64,000 nucleotides of DNA. It comes from Nitrospirales bacterium. GTDB taxonomy: Bacteria > Nitrospirota > Nitrospiria > Nitrospirales > UBA8639. This document shows, one piece after another, positions 11,568 through 21,538 of the stretch. Numbering within the stretch: the stretch's first letter is position 1; every line of letters starts with the position of its first letter. The notes beneath the pieces are model-generated. The model saw nothing but the letters and a program-made list of their open reading frames with translations, did not search any database and was not told the origin of the DNA. The stretch is taken from positions 960,001-1,024,000 of the forward strand of contig CBDCWC010000003.1 of assembly GCA_965223295.1 (NCBI GenBank), given 5' to 3'. The position numbers and the translations under genes are program-made.

Positions 11568-11846
11568 TTAGAAGTTTCCCTCAGCTGCTTCCTTCAGAAT
11601 CAATTTATCCAGGGTGAGATCTGCCACGGCTCGCTTCAAGCGGGCATTCTCGCGCTCCAAGTCTTTGAGTCGTTTCGCCTGATCAAGTTTCAGTCCACCA
11701 TATTCCTGCCGCCACCGATAGTAGGTGGGATCGGTGATATTCCACTTCCGACAAATGTCTTTGACGGTCTGCCCTTGCCCCAACAGGACCTCCGCTTCCC
11801 GCAGTTTGTGAATGATTTGTTCAACCGAGTACTTCACACGTGCCAT
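11568..11846 (-). CDS. IS3 transposase OrfA (HTH)
   Basis: [19 protein letters not shown]...TYYRWR...[20 protein letters not shown] upstream. Confidence 0.93.
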   Translation of the reverse strand: MARVKYSVEQIIHKLREAEVLLGQGQTVKDICRKWNITDPTYYRWRQEYGGLKLDQAKRLKDLERENARLKRAVADLTLDKLILKEAAEGNF

Positions 11847-11915
11847 GATACCCTCCTTTTTTATATGCCCTAGCCTGTAACATAGGCCTCGGAGCCGTTT
11901 AAAGGGGGCACGCCA

Positions 11916-11986
11916 CCGATCCCGTTGATCGCCCTTGGCTTCCAAACGAAATATGACTCTTGATATCGTTGTTATTCACCACTCCC
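11916..11986 (-). mobile_element. MITE fragment (outer arm only), truncated at the IS3 end
   Basis: Reverse complement GGGAGTGGTGAATAACAACGATATCAAGAGTCATATTTCG matches the arm of the copy at 34054. Confidence 0.8.
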
Positions 11987-12095
11987 ATCTACACCTCATC
12001 GTGCATATAGGAACGCCACTTTATGGAATCCTTTTCACCGATCAGAGTTCTGACAATCAGTTGAATTCTGTGAATCCGCTCTTGCAACAAAGAAC

Positions 12096-13587
12096 CTAGA
12101 GCAATTGGCGCCAGGTGAGGACTTGGACGGGAAGAGTACGAAGAGTAGCGGTAATGGGACAGGTGTCGAGCGTGATAGTGACATCGTCGTGAAGTATATG
12201 CACTTGATTAGCATAGATAGCACCGTTAAGAATTGAGGGTCCGATTCCTCCAGAAAATGTGGCTTGCCCAGATACGATTACAACCCCGTCCCAATGGAAG
12301 GGAGCATCGATTTGTATATTGCCTTTGACAAGTAGGATGCCATATCCAGTGACCTGAGAAACTACAAGAGGACCATTTATAGGTTCAGCATATAGCAACA
12401 TAGAGGAAGCGGCTGAACCCATATTTGCTCCAGTTAAATCAGCTAACACAGGCGTTGCCCCCCTCTTTAGCTCATCAATCTGTTCTTCCAACTCCAACGA
12501 TGCAGGACTCATTTGAGGAGACACAGGATTACCGTTCAGACTAGCCACACCTACCAAGGAAGCCAAAGGAGCTAGTGAGATTGGAGAAAGGCCTGAAGGG
12601 AACAGCCCACAAGTATCCATGCCCTCAATGGTAACCCTACTTCCTGACATCACCACTTCCTTCCCAACGTAAACCGGAGCCCAGACTGGCGGACCCGTCG
12701 GATGAATGACATCAGCCTGAAGAATCGCTTCTGCCCCTTCAACTTGGCCATGACTGAGAATAACTTCAACAGGCGGATACAACGTTGGCTCTATGGTGGT
12801 GAATTGTTGCGGTGTTACAGACAAGCCCGAGGGATAGCCATATCGAACCAGTTCACCCTTATTGCTAATGGAATGCAAGGCTGTCTCACCATCACCATCC
12901 ACATAATGCGGGGTGGTTTTCCGATGTCCAGCCTGTTCGGCATCGTACTCCCTCTTGTGGTACGCCTTGGTCCAATACACTAATTTACTTTGCACACTAT
13001 TAGCCTGGATAAGGGTATTCGCGGCATTTCCTGAGAGCGGGATATAATTGGTCAGAAGCGCATCGTAGGCCTGATCGTCTTCTGGCTGCCACCCATCGTG
13101 GGAAAAGACATAGGCCGACCAATTTGATTGATACGGTAACGCAAGATCTCCAAGAACGAGGGGATTCGACGCGGGCGTTCCACTTAATCGTCGTTGTGTT
13201 TCAGCCAACCCTGCTTCTGCTGCATAAAAAGTCTGGATAGCTCGTCGATAATTACCACTGATCTGTAAATCAGTCGATGTGGCAAATAAGATCGTAGCGC
13301 CCATGATGCCTGATATGGCCACCAGCACAAGCGCGGCAATGAGAGCACTTCCTTGTCTCCCTTTCAACAAGGGGCTGTTGAAAAAAGCCACCAGCGGCGT
13401 TCTCGTCATTTTCCCGTGCTCACATAATACCAGTACGCTACGCGCACAAAAATGACTGCGGCCTTGCTGGATGGACTTTTTTGAACCGCCCCGAAGCTCG
13501 TGGTGTCTGATGTCACGATGGGCACATATGCCCTTTGATATCTTCATTATTCAGCATTCCCAACAAGGCTTTCTGCCTTCCACTCAT
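12096..13587 (-). CDS. pilX: PilX-like minor pilin/assembly protein, N-terminus interrupted by a MITE
   Basis: QGSALIAALVLV...AFYAAEAG-type PilX_N motif (here TFYAAEAG). Removing the MITE and one TSD restores MSGRQKALLKGRQGSALI. Confidence 0.75.
13371..13561 (-). mobile_element. MITE family copy (191 bp) inside pilX
   Basis: TIRs GGGGCTGTTGAA / TTCAGCATTCCC. Perfect TSD AACAA (13366-13370, 13562-13566). Confidence 0.9.
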
Positions 13588-13604
13588 GCTTCCCTTTTTC
13601 ATGC

Positions 13605-14206
13605 TTAGAGATTCCTTGGCGTAATACGAGACTGCAGCGTGACTGTTCGATATCCACCATTCGACAGATATTTAGGATCAGGTGGTTCCGTACGAGCCGT
13701 GACTGTGATTTGCACTTGCTGAACACTCGCCGAGTCAACGGTTGGATTTCCCTCCTCATCGAAATATTCAACCAGGAATGATTCGATATTTTCTCCAAAG
13801 GGTTGATTCCCTCCACCCGTATTACGCCGTAGCGTATGCGTTCTGCCGTCATACAGAAAGGTAATGGACTCATTTGCATCTGCAATCAGGCCATTTCCGT
13901 TCAAATCCGCCTTGAGGATCAAACGGACAGGATCATAGGTAATCCCCAAAAATCATTATTGGCATTTGTGTCATGATTCACTCCACTCGGATCATATCCT
14001 GCCATCAAGAGTTCACGACTTATCACATCAATGACAACTCGAGCTTGCTGCTGCATCTCCAACCGATCTTCGCGCACATGTTGAGCTTTGAGTTCACTGA
14101 CGTACAACGCGTAAACCGCGCTCACCGTCACCAGACTCAAGGCTAGCGCCACAACCATTTCAATGAGTGTAAAGCCTTGAGGAAACTTTTGGCGCAAACA
14201 ACACAC
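13605..14206 (-). pseudogene. pilW: PilW-like minor pilin, frameshifted near 13950
   Basis: QGFTLIEMVVAL N-methylation motif. Frame switch in a T5G4 run (minus strand) to GITYDP...PRNL*. Confidence 0.75.
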
Positions 14207-14216
14207 GATTCACCTA

Positions 14217-14636
14217 CTAATCTGTTGTCAGATAGGAAGTCAGAGCGGTCGAATGCGTTCCATCATCCCATTGCACAGTAACGGTGATCGTATGCAACCC
14301 TGGCATCGGATCATTGGGAATGATAGTCAAAACTCGTTGGTGCTGAAGCGCCCCAGCAATGGATCCATAAGATTCGGTCGTCCTTAGCGGACTTATTAAG
14401 TGCAACGGTACGCCTTCTCGCTTCACATCTTCCATCTTTTCCTGGGCTAAGGTGACGCCCCGCGTCATTTTTTCACTGGCACTCATGCCAGTGTGTGCCA
14501 CCACGGAAAATCCTGCGAATCCTAATAATGCTAAAAAGACAACCGCCAACGCGATCACGATTTCTAGCAGCGACAACCCCCGTTGAGACTTGCCGTCCAA
14601 CCAAAACAACGTCAATTGTTTTGTCGAACTTGACAT
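14217..14636 (-). CDS. PilV-like minor pilin
   Basis: RGLSLLEIVIAL; LAQEKME. Confidence 0.8.
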   Translation of the reverse strand: MSSSTKQLTLFWLDGKSQRGLSLLEIVIALAVVFLALLGFAGFSVVAHTGMSASEKMTRGVTLAQEKMEDVKREGVPLHLISPLRTTESYGSIAGALQHQRVLTIIPNDPMPGLHTITVTVQWDDGTHSTALTSYLTTD

Positions 14637-15098
14637 TTACGATTTCACCTTGACCCGGCCAGTAATACTGACCGTTATTTTTTTTGAGCCTGCAGAATTG
14701 GTGAGCGTGATCGAGGCCAGATTGATGGCCGTGCCCCGAGGTAAAAACGAAGGGTTATTTGAAGCTGCTACTGTGACATCATGATAGTTGGCTTGGATAT
14801 CACGCAATTCCTGAGGTTCACCAGGATCGATAGACCCATTATTATTCTGATCATCCAGGATGAGGTAGTGCCGGTCATCTTGAAAAAAAATCCGATGACG
14901 ATTTCGTTCGACAACCGCCTTCATTTTTGCAGCCGCTAAATCCGACATGACCTGGCGAACGGCACCATTTAATCGCCATTGAGGCAATTGAGTTGTGAGC
15001 CACATGTTTGTGAACATAATGGTAATGCTGATGATGCCAAGCACGATCATCAATTCCACGAGAGTCAAACCTTTTATAGCGACCTGAGGCATGCTCAT
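14637..15098 (-). CDS. FimT/GspH-family pseudopilin
   Basis: KGLTLVELMIVL; C-terminal TGRV. Confidence 0.85.
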   Translation of the reverse strand: MSMPQVAIKGLTLVELMIVLGIISITIMFTNMWLTTQLPQWRLNGAVRQVMSDLAAAKMKAVVERNRHRIFFQDDRHYLILDDQNNNGSIDPGEPQELRDIQANYHDVTVAASNNPSFLPRGTAINLASITLTNSAGSKKITVSITGRVKVKS

Positions 15099-15147
15099 GT
15101 TCTCTACCGTCCTTACTTCGATCCACCAACTGTTCCATCTCTAGCAT

Positions 15148-15930
15148 TCAGACCAATCCGCGAAAATACCATTGCCAGAGGTCTATCCCCCAAAGCATGG
15201 CGATGAGGGCTCCCAGGGCCAAATATGGGCCAAAGGGAATATATTGGCCTTTTTCCATCACCTTAAGTGTTAAAAGCACAATGCCAATCACCGCCCCAAA
15301 CACGGATGCCACCATGAGCGTGATAAATGCCTGCTGCCAGCCTAAAAAAGCCCCAACCATGGCCAAAAATTTGATATCACCGCCTCCCATCCCTTCTTTG
15401 CCAAAGACATAGGGACTGATCCAAGCTAAGGTCAACAAAATCCCTCCACCGACGACAATACCCAGGAGTGAATTGACCCACCCCGTTGGGAGTAAGAGGG
15501 ACCCACAAAGAAACCCAATCACGATCCCCGGTAGAGTAATCACATCCGGAATAATTTTGTGATCCCAATCAATCCAGGTCACCACCCAGAACACCGAGAA
15601 CAAGCCCGCATACACCACTGTCGTCCAGGCCAGTCCAAATCGCCAGACGACCAAGAGGTATCCCAGACCGTTCACCAGCTCAATGACAGGATACCGTGGG
15701 GCAATGGAACTTTTGCAGTCACGGCATTGCCCCTTGAGAAAAAGAAAGCTTAACAACGGCACATTGTCGTACCAGCTGATTTGTTTGCCACAAACAAGAC
15801 AGGCTGACCGGGGAGTCACGATTGATCGCCCATTTGGGATGCGATAGACGCAAACGGTCAGGAAACTGCCAATGATTGTTCCCAGAATAAAGACGCTGGG
15901 CCAAACAATCCAGTGAGCCATAAATGCCAC
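15148..15930 (-). CDS. pilD: Prepilin peptidase/N-methyltransferase (A24)
   Basis: GSFLTV..RIP, two CxxC pairs, GMGGGDIK, IPFGPYL. Confidence 0.95.
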   Translation of the reverse strand: MAFMAHWIVWPSVFILGTIIGSFLTVCVYRIPNGRSIVTPRSACLVCGKQISWYDNVPLLSFLFLKGQCRDCKSSIAPRYPVIELVNGLGYLLVVWRFGLAWTTVVYAGLFSVFWVVTWIDWDHKIIPDVITLPGIVIGFLCGSLLLPTGWVNSLLGIVVGGGILLTLAWISPYVFGKEGMGGGDIKFLAMVGAFLGWQQAFITLMVASVFGAVIGIVLLTLKVMEKGQYIPFGPYLALGALIAMLWGIDLWQWYFRGLV

Positions 15931-16046
15931 ATATTCCGTAGTTAATTCGACTAGGGTGAGTTTACGTATATTTCCAGTTTACAATACCAAAATGACCTGA
16001 TATTCTCCCTTAGATAATTTGCCTAGCCAAGGATGCCGAGGACCCG

Positions 16047-16307
16047 ATGAATACACGACCAAAACCATTACCAAGCGATGAACCACCCATAAAACGCAAG
16101 CGCCCCGAAGCCCTGACCCAACGGGAGCAGGAAATCCTTCAACTCATCTGGTCCGGGCTGAAAAATAAAGAAATTGCACAGCAGCTAAAAATTAGCGTGA
16201 AAACGGTAGAAGCTCATCGTGCCAATATGATGAAAAAGGTTCGCGTGTCGAATGCCGCTCAGTTGCTTAATGCCGCCATTCAAGAAGGCCTTATTCAGAT
16301 CAAGTAA
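16047..16307 (+). CDS. Stand-alone LuxR-type HTH regulator
   Basis: LTQREQEIL...GLKNKEIA..L.IS.KTVEAHRANMMKK. Confidence 0.9.
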   Translation: MNTRPKPLPSDEPPIKRKRPEALTQREQEILQLIWSGLKNKEIAQQLKISVKTVEAHRANMMKKVRVSNAAQLLNAAIQEGLIQIK

Positions 16308-16320
16308 CCCTCTCTGCTTT

Positions 16321-17085
16321 CTAATCCCTTTGTGCTCGTTGACGAGCCGCCTCAAACAATGTCACCGCAACGGCTACTGAGACATTCAGCGAATTCATCT
16401 TTCCCAGCATAGGGACCTGCACACGGTCATCGCATTTCTTGAGTACAATTGGACGAATCCCTTCCCCTTCACTTCCAAAAACCAAGGCCAGCGATTGCGT
16501 TAGATCAACATCGACATAGGAAGTCTTCGCTTCCGCATCCAGGGCAATCGTAGTGATGCACCGTTTTTGACATTGTTCGACAAATTTACCCGTATTGGCC
16601 ACACGTGCAATCGGCACATGTTCTAGGGCCCCCGCAGACGCTTTAGCCACCCCTGCCGTTAAGCCTACGGCACGATGTTTTGGAATGACAATACCATGTC
16701 CTCCTGTTCCGTCTACTGTTCGGATAATAGCACCCAAGTTATGTGGATCTTGAATCTGGTCCAACACGACGAGTAGCGCGGGCGTGGAGCATTGCTCCAC
16801 TTCATCTAACAGTTCCTCCCCTTCCAAAAACTGCTTGGCGGCCACGCTGGCGACAACCCCCTGATGATGGCGATCCCCAGCTAAACGATCCAGTCGATCA
16901 CGGGATTCTACTGAGTAGGGAATATGTCGTTCTTTGGCGAGACGGGTAAGAGGAAAAAAGCGCCCATCAGATTTAGCTAACCAGAGTTTTTCGATAACAC
17001 GGCCAGGAGATTGTAGGGCTTCGGTGACAGCATGGAACCCATACATCACACTGGCGGGCTCATCGTTTCCAGCGTGTCGTGCCAT
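16321..17085 (-). CDS. rlmB: 23S rRNA G2251 2'-O-methyltransferase
   Basis: YGFHAV, HQGVVA, DPHNLGAIIR, GSEGEG, SLNVSVA. Start placed at MARHAG, not at the long ORF start. Confidence 0.92.
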   Translation of the reverse strand: MARHAGNDEPASVMYGFHAVTEALQSPGRVIEKLWLAKSDGRFFPLTRLAKERHIPYSVESRDRLDRLAGDRHHQGVVASVAAKQFLEGEELLDEVEQCSTPALLVVLDQIQDPHNLGAIIRTVDGTGGHGIVIPKHRAVGLTAGVAKASAGALEHVPIARVANTGKFVEQCQKRCITTIALDAEAKTSYVDVDLTQSLALVFGSEGEGIRPIVLKKCDDRVQVPMLGKMNSLNVSVAVAVTLFEAARQRAQRD

Positions 17086-18553
17086 CAGGTCGATCTTCAA
17101 GGATAATGCCTTGGTTAGCGAGATCGTTTCGAATACGATCAGCAGTCGCGAAATCTTTCTTTGCGCGTGCTTTATTGCGAGCTTGGATCTTTTCTTCAAT
17201 AACACCAACTTCATCATTTGAACTAGTTACCTTCAAGGATAATGTGCCTTCTACTGACTGTGAGGCTGCTAGAAATACGCTCTTACCAATCCATTCTTTT
17301 GAAGAAATCTGAAAAAGCCCCAAAGGTTGTCCATATTTTTTGAGATCCTCTAGGACATTTCCTTTAGTCTGCTTAGACAATCCTTCCACTAAAAGTTTAT
17401 TCACTTCTCCTCGAAGTTCATGAAAGGCCCCAAGTACCTTTGGCGTATTGAAATCATCATCCATACTTGCATTGAATTTATTCACAAATTTCTTCGAGAC
17501 TCGCTTCCATTCTGCGTCACCGTGTTTATTCTCTTTTGTATCAGGTTCCTCTAACCGCTGAATTAGGCTATAGATAGCATCCATGGCTGCTTTGGCTTCA
17601 GGAAGAGATTTTTCGGAAAAATTCAAATCACTTCGATAATGAGTCGACAACAAATAATAACGGAGACATTCACCAGTAATCGTCTCAGAATCGGAAACGG
17701 GAGATTTGTCTAAAATTTCTCGTATCGTAAAAAAGTTCCCAAGCGACTTGGACATTTTTTCTTTGTCTACCGTCACAAACCCATTGTGGACCCAATAACG
17801 CGCAAACTCTTTACCCGTATAAGCAGAAGATTGCGCGATTTCATTTTCATGATGTGGAAAGATTAAATCCTTTCCTCCTCCATGAATATCGAATGTCGAA
17901 CCCAACTCAGCTACTGACATGGCAGAACATTCGATGTGCCACCCGGGACGTCCCTGTCCCCATGGACTATCCCATCCTGGCTCACCAGGTTTCGCCGCTT
18001 TCCATAACGCAAAATCCATTGGATCTCGCTTCTTCTCATTAACTTCGACTCTTGCACCAGCTTGAAGTTCTTCTAGATTTTTCCCTGACAGCTCCCCATA
18101 GAGAGAAAACCTCTTGACAGAAAAGTACACATCACCTTCTAGCTGATAAGCCACCCCATTTTTTTCTAGGCCGACAATCATGTCCACGATATCCTGCATA
18201 TGTTCGGTCGCTCGGGGTTCTACGGTGGGTTTGGAAATACCGAGTGCTTCCATGTCCCGGTAAAAATGTTTGATGTAGCGGTCACTGATTTCATTCCATG
18301 CCACGCCTTCTTTGACGGCTCGCTGTAAAATCTTGTCGTCGATGTCAGTAAAGTTCCTGACATAGGTCACTTGATATCCAGAAAATTCCAAATATCGTCT
18401 GATCATGTCAAAAGTGAGGGCACTACGCGCATGACCCAAATGACAATCGTCATACACCGTCACACCGCAAACATACATCCTGACTTTCCTAGCAGTTAGT
18501 GGGACAAACACCTCTTTTTTCCTGGATTTTGTGTTATAGAGGGTAATTGACAT
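17060..18553 (-). CDS. cysS: Cysteinyl-tRNA synthetase
   Basis: YVCGVTVYD..HLGH, GRPGWHIECS, KMSKS. Confidence 0.98.
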   Translation of the reverse strand: MSITLYNTKSRKKEVFVPLTARKVRMYVCGVTVYDDCHLGHARSALTFDMIRRYLEFSGYQVTYVRNFTDIDDKILQRAVKEGVAWNEISDRYIKHFYRDMEALGISKPTVEPRATEHMQDIVDMIVGLEKNGVAYQLEGDVYFSVKRFSLYGELSGKNLEELQAGARVEVNEKKRDPMDFALWKAAKPGEPGWDSPWGQGRPGWHIECSAMSVAELGSTFDIHGGGKDLIFPHHENEIAQSSAYTGKEFARYWVHNGFVTVDKEKMSKSLGNFFTIREILDKSPVSDSETITGECLRYYLLSTHYRSDLNFSEKSLPEAKAAMDAIYSLIQRLEEPDTKENKHGDAEWKRVSKKFVNKFNASMDDDFNTPKVLGAFHELRGEVNKLLVEGLSKQTKGNVLEDLKKYGQPLGLFQISSKEWIGKSVFLAASQSVEGTLSLKVTSSNDEVGVIEEKIQARNKARAKKDFATADRIRNDLANQGIILEDRPDGTTRWKR

Positions 18554-18556
18554 CGT

Positions 18557-19168
18557 CTAGTGCTCTGGCGTAGATGTCTTTTGACTGATTTTTTGTCCCT
18601 GATGTTTCACGATCCAAAAACCCAGGACTAATAAACCCACAAAGACAATGGTAAAAACATTGAAATATTTTTCGATAACCTCTTTCATCCAAGGACCAAA
18701 AAACTGTATGGCTCCAGCCACGAGAAAGAAGCGCCCCCCTCGACTGAGAATTGAGGCTACCATAAAGATTTTGAAATCCACATAAAAGGCTCCGGCCCCA
18801 ATGGTAAAAATTTTATATGGGATGGGGGTGAATCCTGCAATAAGAATGGCCCAGCCCTCGTAGCGTTGGAAATACTGGTGTACGAGATCCATGCGGTCTT
18901 GTCCCATAATTTTTTTTACTATGGGCCGCCCACCATACCAACCAATACCATAGCCTAAGGCACCTCCCATGACTGACCCGACTGTCGCCACCGTGGCATA
19001 CCACCAGGCATCGGCAGGATTTCCAAGCGTAAGAGCGATTAACAGCACATCAGGAGGAAGAGGGAAAAACGAGGATTCGGCTAAGGCTAAACCGAAAAGG
19101 GCAGGCACCCCGTAGGGCGAATCGGCCCACGAAAGCATCCAGTCGTATAATTGTTTTGCCCAGTCCAT
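18557..19168 (-). CDS. YqaA/DedA (VTT) membrane protein
   Basis: ESSFFPLPPDVLL, GFTPIPYK, SRGGRF. Confidence 0.9.
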   Translation of the reverse strand: MDWAKQLYDWMLSWADSPYGVPALFGLALAESSFFPLPPDVLLIALTLGNPADAWWYATVATVGSVMGGALGYGIGWYGGRPIVKKIMGQDRMDLVHQYFQRYEGWAILIAGFTPIPYKIFTIGAGAFYVDFKIFMVASILSRGGRFFLVAGAIQFFGPWMKEVIEKYFNVFTIVFVGLLVLGFWIVKHQGQKISQKTSTPEH

Positions 19169-19223
19169 TTGTTTGGATACGGAGTCTGCTGAAGATTAAT
19201 GTTCAAAAAGCGCTAGACGCTTC

Positions 19224-20051
19224 TCACGATTTGTTGACTTTCACTCTTCTACGACCAGATGATGCAGAAGTTGATTGTTTTCTAGAAAGACTTTTCCCCC
19301 ATTTGTTTAACGATTTGAGCGCGGTGTAATCCGTTAAATCTAAATGCAGGGGTGTAACAGAAACCATGTTCTTTTCCACTGCTTCATGGTCAGAAGGCTT
19401 TTTTCGGGCCCAGGATTCCTTTTTCCCTGCGATCCAAAAATATGACCCTCCCCTCGGATCAATTTTTTCCACAACGGGTTGATGATACCGACGCTGGCTT
19501 AAACTGGTGAATTGAATACCCGCTATCCTATCTTTTTTCTGGTCTGGTACATTCACATTTAGAATGGTCCCTTGAGGAAGACCCCACTTTAGAATGTTTC
19601 CCGCTAATTTCTCAGCATAGTGCCCAGCTATTGTGTAGGAAGCCCGAGAGCTATCCTCTAGAGAGACTGCCATGGACGGTATGCCATGAAGCATGCCTTC
19701 TAGTGCCCCGGCAACCGTACCCGAATTCGTGACGTCATCTCCCAAATTCCAACCCTTGTTAATTCCAGAGACGACCAACGTCGGCAGGTCAACTTCTAAA
19801 AGCTTGCAAACCGCCAAGGTGACACAATCAGCAGGTGTGCCATTGACCGCAAACCACCGAGTCCGCATTTGTCTTAGCCGCAATGGCTTATGCAGGGTCA
19901 TAGCTCGCCCCACGGCATTTTGTGTTTTTTCAGGCGCCACAACCCACACCTCTCCTAATGTTTTCAGCGCCTTCGCCAGAACACGTATGCCAGGCGCATG
20001 AATACCATCATCATTGGTAACCAGAATTCGTCTCGATTGGACAGAAGGCAT
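19224..20051 (-). CDS. surE: 5'/3'-nucleotidase SurE
   Basis: ILVTNDDG, GTPADCV, SGIN.G.NLG, SGTVA. Confidence 0.96.
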   Translation of the reverse strand: MPSVQSRRILVTNDDGIHAPGIRVLAKALKTLGEVWVVAPEKTQNAVGRAMTLHKPLRLRQMRTRWFAVNGTPADCVTLAVCKLLEVDLPTLVVSGINKGWNLGDDVTNSGTVAGALEGMLHGIPSMAVSLEDSSRASYTIAGHYAEKLAGNILKWGLPQGTILNVNVPDQKKDRIAGIQFTSLSQRRYHQPVVEKIDPRGGSYFWIAGKKESWARKKPSDHEAVEKNMVSVTPLHLDLTDYTALKSLNKWGKSLSRKQSTSASSGRRRVKVNKS

Positions 20052-20077
20052 ACTGTATTGGTTTGTAGCTGATAAAC

Positions 20078-20112
20078 AAAAGCCCGTCCCAAAGAAGTTG
20101 GGACGGGCTTTT
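20078..20112. terminator. Intrinsic terminator after the oxidoreductase operon
   Basis: AAAAGCCCGTCCCAA-AGAAG-TTGGGACGGGCTTTT perfect stem. Confidence 0.85.
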
Positions 20113-20140
20113 CAATCTACTCAATTGACGAACAAATAGC

Positions 20141-21490
20141 TTAAATACTCTTCATAAACTCGGCCATGGCCGCTGGATCTGTTGCTCCCATAATAGCTGA
20201 GGGCGGAACGGTATTTGATTTTTTTCCAGTCAGACCACATTCTATTTCATCAGTAATCATTTCTACTGGCATGGACATACCCCCATAGACATGTGGACCA
20301 GCCACAATTTTTGCATTCGAGAACCCATAAATTGCAGTAGCCACATCCTTAGCCAACCAACCAATGTAATTGAATTCAGGAATGACAATCAGCTTGGCCT
20401 TGCCGCAAAGCTTCCTCAATTCGTTTGTTGGAAACGGTCGCAAGGAACGAATTTTGATCAGGCCTGCCTTGATACCTCTTTCCTTACATTGGCGGACTGC
20501 TTCCCGGGATTGGGCCGCTGCACTGCCCGAAGCAATAAGAAGCACTTCTGCGTCTTCCACATCCTGAGCTTCGCACAACCCATCCATATATTGATCAATA
20601 TATTTTCTAGATCGCTCAACGCCAGCCCAGACTTCTTGCTGCCAGACAGCGTGGATGTTATAGGCCATAAAATTAGATTTTTGAACTGGAGCATCACGAG
20701 ACAATCGAGCTGGAGGATTCTCGGCATCTAAAACCGGCACGGCCCCACGGTACGTATCACGAGCTGGGAGCTTGAATCCTCGATCTTGCATTGCACAATA
20801 GCCTCGAGCATGCGTCACAAAAAAACCATCACAGCAGACACCTACCGGAAGCGTAACGTCATTTTTCTCACTGATGATAAACCCCTTCATAATATAATCG
20901 AACAAGTCCTGCTGATTTTCTGCGTGAAAGACAAGCATCCCGCTGTTTAAAAGATAGGCAACTTCAATATTATCTGGTTGGATAGCCAGAGGAGCATTGA
21001 CTACTCGACACGTAAACATGCAAACGGCAGGAAGACGGTGCCCAGCCCACGAGGCAATGGGCTCAATACCTCGTAATGTTCCAGGACCAGCTGTAGCGGT
21101 AAAGGCTCGAACACCAGCGCGGGAGGCCCCAGCAATGGCCGACATCACTCCATATTCTTCTTCGCCTCGATAGAATTCCTTGACATACCCTTCACCATAC
21201 AAAACCCCAATTAATTGCAAGGTTTCACTTTGGGGAGTAATGGGATAGGCCACAGACAAATCAACATTTGATCGTCTTACGGCTTCCTTGGCAGCTTCGC
21301 TGCCTGTAATAAATTCCCGTTCACGGGGAGCTTCAAAAAACATATATTCAGGAGATACTTCCTTCTGACGTTTGGCTTCCCCATGAGGGTCTTTTCTTCC
21401 ACCATTGGTGGAAGGAGCGGCTGCAGGAGCACTCGTAATTGGATCACCCTGGGGATTGGTTTTGACTTCTGTTTCTAAACCTTCACTCAT
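20141..21490 (-). CDS. 2-oxoacid:ferredoxin oxidoreductase alpha subunit (five-subunit For/Por type)
   Basis: AYPITPQ, FTATAGPG. Confidence 0.92.
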   Translation of the reverse strand: MSEGLETEVKTNPQGDPITSAPAAAPSTNGGRKDPHGEAKRQKEVSPEYMFFEAPREREFITGSEAAKEAVRRSNVDLSVAYPITPQSETLQLIGVLYGEGYVKEFYRGEEEYGVMSAIAGASRAGVRAFTATAGPGTLRGIEPIASWAGHRLPAVCMFTCRVVNAPLAIQPDNIEVAYLLNSGMLVFHAENQQDLFDYIMKGFIISEKNDVTLPVGVCCDGFFVTHARGYCAMQDRGFKLPARDTYRGAVPVLDAENPPARLSRDAPVQKSNFMAYNIHAVWQQEVWAGVERSRKYIDQYMDGLCEAQDVEDAEVLLIASGSAAAQSREAVRQCKERGIKAGLIKIRSLRPFPTNELRKLCGKAKLIVIPEFNYIGWLAKDVATAIYGFSNAKIVAGPHVYGGMSMPVEMITDEIECGLTGKKSNTVPPSAIMGATDPAAMAEFMKSI

Positions 21491-21538
21491 GGCTTGATCC
21501 CCCTAATTTTATAATAGTGAACATTATTTCTCACAAAC

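Larger units (their letters stand above)
10696..11915 (-). mobile_element. IS3-family insertion sequence (IS407-like), 1220 bp
   Basis: Ends TGACGTGCCCCC ... GGGGGCACGCCA (TG...CA); orfA/orfB; no TSD. Confidence 0.92.

Noticed and set aside
17086-17217. Long N-terminal extension of RlmB
   Set aside because: It overlaps the cysS coding region, and the conserved domain starts later.
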